Under the pieces are notes generated by a model, which saw only the letters and a program-made list of their open reading frames with translations, was not told where the DNA came from and searched no databases. From IMG/VR virus record IMGVR_UViG_3300008255_000136, positions 5,335 to 69,334 of that record: 64,000 nucleotides of DNA. The stretch is one strand, 5' to 3'. This document shows, piece by piece, positions 59,266-64,000 of this stretch. The DNA comes from a virus. Taxonomy: Duplodnaviria; Caudoviricetes. Each line of letters opens with the position of its first letter. Within the stretch, counting starts at the first letter, position 1. Both the position numbers and the translations under genes were made by a program.

Positions 59266-59883
59266 ATGCAAAAGGTATTGACAGAATGGACAAAATTTGA
59301 AGGCGAGATAATTAAAGAAGAAACAAAGTCTTTAAGTGGAAAGCCAAAATTAATAATGAAAGGAATTCTTCAAAGGGCAGATACCCTTAATCAGAATGGG
59401 AGAATTTACCCAAAAAGAATTCTTGAAAAAGAATTAAAAAATTATCAAAAGCTTATTCGAGACCGAAGAGCTTTGGGAGCATTGGATCATACTGATAGTT
59501 CGATTATAGAATTAAAGACCGTTTCTCATCTTGTTACAGAAGCTTGGATGGATGGAGATGTTATTTATGGAAAGGTAGAAATTCTACCAACAGAACATGG
59601 AAACACATTAAGAAATCTTATTGAAGCAAATGTCACGGTGGGAATTTCTTCTCGTGGAGTAGGTTCAACTGAGCCTGATGCTAATGGATACCAGGTTGTT
59701 CAAGACAACTTTCAGCTTATCTGTTGGGATTTTGTTTCTGAGCCATCAACTCCAGGAGCATTCATGATGAAAGAAGGTCGAGACCTTACAAGCAAGGACA
59801 TGAAAGATTTAAGAGAATTTTTTGATAAAAGTGACAGAATCGATAGAATTGTAAATGACATTCTTGACTGGAGGACAAAGTAA
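59266..59883 (+). CDS. Prohead core protease (T4 gp21-like)
   Basis: GILQRADTLNQNGRIYP, GALDH, VSH, GISSRGVGS, WDFVSEPSTPGA. Confidence 0.95.
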   Translation: MQKVLTEWTKFEGEIIKEETKSLSGKPKLIMKGILQRADTLNQNGRIYPKRILEKELKNYQKLIRDRRALGALDHTDSSIIELKTVSHLVTEAWMDGDVIYGKVEILPTEHGNTLRNLIEANVTVGISSRGVGSTEPDANGYQVVQDNFQLICWDFVSEPSTPGAFMMKEGRDLTSKDMKDLREFFDKSDRIDRIVNDILDWRTK

Positions 59884-60275
59884 TGGGTTCAGGATGGGCA
59901 GGTCCAGGAGTTAATCATACCGCAGAATATCAGGCATCTGGTGTTCCTTGGGTAACAGGATCTCTTGCTGTTGCAGGTGTTCAAAAAATTGAGTTTCCTA
60001 ACGTTACAAGATTTTTTAGAGTAAATAATACAGGTGGCTCGGCTGTTTCTGTTGGTTTTACCGAAGCAGGAATCTCAGGAGATCATGGGTTTACGGTTCG
60101 AAATGGGGAAACTGAACATTTTGAACTAAGGGTTAGAGAAATTTGGATTTCAGGCTCTGGTGGCACAGTCGACATTCTTGGTGGGCTAACTGCAATTTCA
60201 AGAAGAAGTTATCAACCATTAACCGGAGCAAACCCACCACCAGAAGGATTCTGGTACGTACCAGGAATTGAATAG
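59883..60275 (+). CDS. Probable head structural protein (small beta-sandwich)
   Basis: 130 aa, Gly/Val/Thr-rich, in the head operon. Confidence 0.55.
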   Translation: MGSGWAGPGVNHTAEYQASGVPWVTGSLAVAGVQKIEFPNVTRFFRVNNTGGSAVSVGFTEAGISGDHGFTVRNGETEHFELRVREIWISGSGGTVDILGGLTAISRRSYQPLTGANPPPEGFWYVPGIE

Positions 60276-60277
60276 TT

Positions 60278-61000
60278 ATGAGAAAAAGTGAATTTAGAGA
60301 ATTTGTAAAAGAAATGTTCATTGACCTTATTGAAAACGATCAAGAGGTTAGGGATATTGTGATGGAATTTGTTCAAAAGAACGGAAGTGTAATTTCTGAA
60401 TCTGTTCAAAAAGAACCAGCAGACCCAGATCTTTATGATAAATTAATGCTTATTGCATCTGGACAGGAAAAGAAATTAATATATGAAGGAAAGGTAGTAA
60501 AATCTCCAAATTATGGAAACGGATTCAAGTCCGGCAAAAACATTAAGGAATGGGCAGATAAGGCATATTCTAAGATTGGTGGAAAATGGGGAGAGAAAGC
60601 AGCAAGTTCTTTTGGGGATTCTACAGGTGTTAGAGGGGATACTTTGTCCTTTTTGGGAGCAATGGGAGCTGGCGGAGATGGAGGCAATTTAAAAAATATA
60701 GGCTCAGCAGGAAATGACAAGATCATTAAAGAAAGCATTATTAACAGTGGAAGAGGAGCCATGATGGGATTAGATGAAAATGGCCAATTTGATCCAAGTA
60801 GAACTGTTGATATTTCAAGTTTGCTTGTCGATACTGCAAAAACAACACTACAAAACTTCCCGTCTTCTCATGAAATGGGAACAGCTTCAGCGATTGGAGC
60901 AGGTCAAGAAGCTTTTAGAGGCGCGCCAGAACAGGTGTTCAAAGAGTCGGCTGGGAATTGGGCAGCATTAGCTTTCCAAGGAATGGACGTTGGAAAATAA
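60278..61000 (+). CDS. Probable head-internal protein
   Basis: MRKSEFREFVKEMF leader and several [ILV]-x-E sites. Confidence 0.55.
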   Translation: MRKSEFREFVKEMFIDLIENDQEVRDIVMEFVQKNGSVISESVQKEPADPDLYDKLMLIASGQEKKLIYEGKVVKSPNYGNGFKSGKNIKEWADKAYSKIGGKWGEKAASSFGDSTGVRGDTLSFLGAMGAGGDGGNLKNIGSAGNDKIIKESIINSGRGAMMGLDENGQFDPSRTVDISSLLVDTAKTTLQNFPSSHEMGTASAIGAGQEAFRGAPEQVFKESAGNWAALAFQGMDVGK

Positions 61001-61011
61001 GAAACAGAAGT

Positions 61012-61019
61012 ATATTTAT
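61012..61019 (+). promoter_or_regulatory. Putative late promoter ATATTTAT
   Basis: Intergenic; AAGGAG SD and ATG 61049 downstream. Confidence 0.55.
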
Positions 61020-61048
61020 TGTAAGGCATTTTGCTAAGGAGATTTAAT

Positions 61049-61399
61049 ATGGCTAGAGAAATTGACATGAGAGAACTATCCAACCTTGTTATGGAAGTTG
61101 TAACAGAGGTAGAAAAAGATTTAAAAAAAGTTCAGGCTAAAGAAGTAACACCTGACAAATATGCAGATACACTTGACAGTCCAATTGACTGGGAACAAAA
61201 ACTTGGAATAAAACCAACAGTAAAAGGCGGAAAAGCAATGCTTGAAGCCCTTAAGTCCAAAGAGGCAAAAGCAACGCGTATTGCTAAGGCTCTTAGAGAG
61301 CAGCGCAAAGCATTGCAAGAAGAGATGTCAAAAAATGCCATTGTGGCAGAAAATAAGCGTCTTCGTCAGGCGATTAAAAAAGTAAAAGAAGCAAAATAA
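61049..61399 (+). CDS. Small coiled-coil head-assembly protein
   Basis: AAGGAG SD favours ATG 61049; C-terminal coiled coil. Confidence 0.6.
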   Translation: MAREIDMRELSNLVMEVVTEVEKDLKKVQAKEVTPDKYADTLDSPIDWEQKLGIKPTVKGGKAMLEALKSKEAKATRIAKALREQRKALQEEMSKNAIVAENKRLRQAIKKVKEAK

Positions 61400-61425
61400 T
61401 ATATTCCATTTTTTTTGGAAGCATT

Positions 61426-61433
61426 ATATTTAT
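61426..61433 (+). promoter_or_regulatory. Putative late promoter ATATTTAT
   Basis: Intergenic; AGGAGA SD and ATG 61452 downstream. Confidence 0.55.
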
Positions 61434-61451
61434 TTCTAGGAGAACATACAA

Positions 61452-61877
61452 ATGGCAACAAATACGGTAGAAAACCCGACACAAAGAGATTTGGGAAGTA
61501 GTGATACTGCATCTTTGGCTGAGCAATTCCCTGCTACTCCAACTGATTTTGAGCCAAATGCTTTTACTAAAAGTCTTTTGGATGGAGTGGTAACTGAGAA
61601 CCCTATTATTGGAACATTTAGTATGGATTACTCTGACGCTCCAAATATTCTTGATGACATTATTCAGAACGATCCTAGCATCGTTGGATTTGTACCTAAT
61701 CCAACACCGCCAGGACCAGGAGACGTAAACCCAGCAAATAAAGGACCGGCACCGGAAACAAACTTCCCACCACCTTCGTCTGGATTTGGCTCTTCAACTT
61801 CTCCAAGTCAAACAGCTACCAAAATTGCTGAACAGAAGTTTGATACGCTTATTCCTGGAAAATCACACCAGAATTAA
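61452..61877 (+). CDS. Pro/Thr-rich probable virion protein
   Basis: 141 aa, strong SD, followed by a terminator. Confidence 0.6.
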   Translation: MATNTVENPTQRDLGSSDTASLAEQFPATPTDFEPNAFTKSLLDGVVTENPIIGTFSMDYSDAPNILDDIIQNDPSIVGFVPNPTPPGPGDVNPANKGPAPETNFPPPSSGFGSSTSPSQTATKIAEQKFDTLIPGKSHQN

Positions 61878-61898
61878 TTTATTATTAAAACTTATCTT

Positions 61899-61928
61899 AA
61901 AAAGAAGGCCATATGGCCTTCTTTTTTT
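61899..61928. terminator. Bidirectional intrinsic terminator (perfect 28-bp palindrome)
   Basis: aaaaagaaggccatatggccttcttttt at 61899-61926, within a T7 tract ending at 61928. Confidence 0.9.
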
Positions 61929-61968
61929 GTTTTAATAAGCTTTGCTTGTTTTGCCAATACTTATTGGT

Positions 61969-62622
61969 GTGATCAAAAGAAAAATCACAGAGCATGGAGC
62001 TTCTGTTGCGCTAAATAATTATCCAGGTAATTATTTAAATGTTGGATATCCTGATGCGAACAAAGGCCGTGGATATGGAAAATTAGATGGAGATGCTAAG
62101 AATACTCCAATTTCCGCAGATGGATTTCCTTATGACATTCATGAACCAAATGAATTAGAGGGAGACGAATTTAGTGATCCTTTGTTGCAAAATAAGTTTA
62201 CTGGAAAAATGGGAGCTTACGCTCCTTCAAAACCAGATTATGTTTCGAGGCCAGGTGATCCATTCTCATTTTTTGATGATGCAACAGTTGGCTTGGCAGA
62301 AAATTTAATAAAAGAATATGTAAAATTGTTTCTTGAATCTGGAATGACATTAAGGCCGGGTTCAAGTGGAACAGATGGTGCGGTCACACAATGGGGCACA
62401 AGAATACCAGGAGGAACCCAGTTTGGCTGGAGTTCTGCTCATCGACTACCTCAGAGACAAGATCAATATGAACCTGTTTTTTCATTAAGAGATTTAATGA
62501 CAAAACGTGAGGATTATACAGATCGAACTCAGGGAGAATTGGAGCCAGAGCCAGACGAGGAGTGGAAAAAGGAATATGGAAAAGAGCAGAGAGAGAAAAT
62601 TTATCCTTTTTTCTGGGAATAA
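61969..62622 (+). CDS. Probable head-internal protein
   Basis: GTG 61969 lies 4 nt after ATACTTAT; internal IKEYVKLFLES motif. Confidence 0.55.
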   Translation: MIKRKITEHGASVALNNYPGNYLNVGYPDANKGRGYGKLDGDAKNTPISADGFPYDIHEPNELEGDEFSDPLLQNKFTGKMGAYAPSKPDYVSRPGDPFSFFDDATVGLAENLIKEYVKLFLESGMTLRPGSSGTDGAVTQWGTRIPGGTQFGWSSAHRLPQRQDQYEPVFSLRDLMTKREDYTDRTQGELEPEPDEEWKKEYGKEQREKIYPFFWE

Positions 62623-62666
62623 TCAAAATGTAAATGTAACCTTTTAGTTTTTTGAGTATAAGAGTT

Positions 62667-62674
62667 ATATTTAT
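62667..62674 (+). promoter_or_regulatory. Putative late promoter ATATTTAT
   Basis: Intergenic, 25 nt before ATG 62700. Confidence 0.55.
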
Positions 62675-62699
62675 TTTCAGGATTTGTAGACAGGTCAAC

Positions 62700-64000
62700 A
62701 TGACAGCTATTCACAAAGAAGCATTGGCAGATGCAAAAAGGCTTCGAGAAGTTGCGGAAGAAAACGCAAAAAGAGCAATTATGGAACAAATTGCTCCAAC
62801 AGTCAAAGAAATGATTGAAAGAGAACTTCTTGGAGAATCATGTTCTTCTGACATGGAAGAAGATGTTCTGATTTCCCCTGATGAACGCGCCAAAGAAAAA
62901 AAAGAAAAAGGCGAAAGAGAAGAGGGGTCTTATAACGAAAGCAAAACACAGAGCGACGATCTAATGTTGACAACTGAATCAGTTGCAGCTTTGGCCAAAA
63001 TGGTTGGCGCAAAAGCTGAGCATTATGGAGTTCGTGCGCTTAGAATTTCCGAAAAAATCGAAAAACTTCATGAAGCGAAGATTAATGAAAACACTTATGG
63101 TGAAAAACTTCGTCAAATAAAGAATGAGATTGAGAAGACCTTTATTGATCTTCAAGAGGATAAAAAGAATAATATCGTACCAAATGATTCAGCACAACTT
63201 ATTGAAAATAAATTGGAAGAGTCATGGGGAGTCACAAATCAATTAATGATTCCTGTAAAGGTTCGACAGATAAATGAAAGCAATAATAGGATTTCTAATA
63301 AAGTTAGTAAGTTCAAAGTTATTGCTGAACAATATGGTCTTACAAAAGGGGCCAAAAAGAAATTTGGAGAAGAGTGCATTAAGCTAACAAAAGAAGCAAA
63401 ATCACTTTTCGATTCAGTATCCGAACTAAAAGAAGTAGTTGAGGATAGCAAGGTTAATAAGATTGGCAATAATGTCACTAGAGTTTACAAGGAGATTTAT
63501 ACAATGGCTAAAAGGTTTGGTTCACTAAACGAAGAAGAACTTAAGATTGTTATCAGTGGATTAGACACTGACGATCTTGAAGGGTCCGCTCTGTCCGCAA
63601 TGGTTGAGCCGGCTGACGACATGGACGATGAAATGGGCATGGACGACGACATGGACGATATGGACGACGACATGGGCATGGACGATGAAATGGGCATGGA
63701 CGATGAGTTGGATGAAAATCCAATTTCGTCAAAAAGTGCCTCTGGATCAACGGGCGGCAGAATGGGCGGACGACCAAGACTTAGACAGTCTGACGAAGAA
63801 AAAGAAGATCAAGCAAATAGAGCCCGCGCAAAATATGGCGACATTTATGAAATGGATGACGAATTGGACGAAGGGCTTCCAACAAGTGATTATCGTCCTT
63901 CAGGCGGAAGCCCAAGAAAAGGAAGCGGAAGATCAGGAGACGAAAGAGGGTTTGAAGCAGGCGCCGATCTAAACACGCCAGGTCGTTACAAAAAAGACGA
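62700..64000 (+). CDS. Probable prohead core scaffold protein (partial, runs off the window; absent from the ORF track)
   Basis: Manually translated as open from ATG 62700 to the end: MTAIHKEALADAKRLREVAEENAK..., acidic coiled coils, many INE/LNE/LDE sites; position after the protease fits a scaffold. Confidence 0.75.
   Translation, partial: MTAIHKEALADAKRLREVAEENAKRAIMEQIAPTVKEMIERELLGESCSSDMEEDVLISPDERAKEKKEKGEREEGSYNESKTQSDDLMLTTESVAALAKMVGAKAEHYGVRALRISEKIEKLHEAKINENTYGEKLRQIKNEIEKTFIDLQEDKKNNIVPNDSAQLIENKLEESWGVTNQLMIPVKVRQINESNNRISNKVSKFKVIAEQYGLTKGAKKKFGEECIKLTKEAKSLFDSVSELKEVVEDSKVNKIGNNVTRVYKEIYTMAKRFGSLNEEELKIVISGLDTDDLEGSALSAMVEPADDMDDEMGMDDDMDDMDDDMGMDDEMGMDDELDENPISSKSASGSTGGRMGGRPRLRQSDEEKEDQANRARAKYGDIYEMDDELDEGLPTSDYRPSGGSPRKGSGRSGDERGFEAGADLNTPGRYKKD
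63615..63707 (+). repeat. Met/Asp/Gly tandem repeat in the scaffold ORF
   Basis: Encodes DDMDDEMGMDDDMDDMDDDMGMDDEMGMDDE from atggacga/atgggc units. Confidence 0.92.

Noticed and set aside
63615-63707. Possible CRISPR array, given the Cas4-like gene
   Set aside because: Short, codon-phased tandem units with no unique spacers
765-63777. Short reverse-strand and nested ORFs in the track (60-160 aa)
   Set aside because: They overlap well-supported + strand genes and have no recognisable motifs
63497-63972. Alternative-frame and antisense repeat ORFs (WAWTT, CRRP and MSSS repeats)
   Set aside because: Other-frame readings of the Met/Asp repeat in the long scaffold ORF
1-64000. Stop-codon reassignment (code 15 or 4), known in some large phages
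   Set aside because: Long conserved genes (TerL, portal, Mre11-Rad50, baseplate) are uninterrupted in code 11, and TAG and TGA end genes at expected termini
1-64000. tRNA, rRNA or other structured ncRNA genes
   Set aside because: Intergenic gaps are under about 80 nt and I saw no cloverleaf or T-loop signature; a covariance-model scan was not run
1-64000. Giant eukaryotic virus (NCLDV) origin, suggested by the GT cluster and the Mre11-Rad50 fusion
   Set aside because: T4-like portal, terminase, prohead protease, baseplate wedge genes, sigma factor, SD sequences and operon structure indicate a tailed bacteriophage

Overview
This AT-rich window comes from a large contractile-tailed (T4-like/jumbo) bacteriophage. 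All credible genes lie on the + strand and read intact in the standard bacterial code. Gene order: (1) 762-11356, a modification cluster of one GT2 and five GT4-type glycosyltransferases, two methyltransferase-like genes, an ASCH-like protein, a Cas4-like PD-(D/E)XK nuclease and a GNAT + Cys-His-Asp fusion; (2) a gp55-like late sigma factor; (3) about 27 kb of baseplate/tail genes (spike, gp25-like, gp6/J-like, LamG and FN3 proteins); (4) a second GNAT-like gene, RuvC, a membrane HExxH peptidase, primase, a fused Mre11-Rad50 and thioredoxin; (5) terminase large subunit with 2 LAGLIDADG inteins 9 residues apart; (6) portal with 3 inteins separated by only 6 and 5 residues; (7) prohead protease, head genes and a probable scaffold running off the end. 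Main highlights: five tightly stacked inteins in the packaging motor, two ending in Gln; a recurring late-promoter-like motif ATANTTA(T/C/A) exactly 4 nt before SD-less start codons; extended -10 boxes placed for leaderless mRNAs; and probable capsid-packaged effectors sharing an [IL]-x-E-x5-[IL]-[LF]-E leader. No tRNA, rRNA or CRISPR array was seen. All family assignments come from motif recognition by eye, not database searches.
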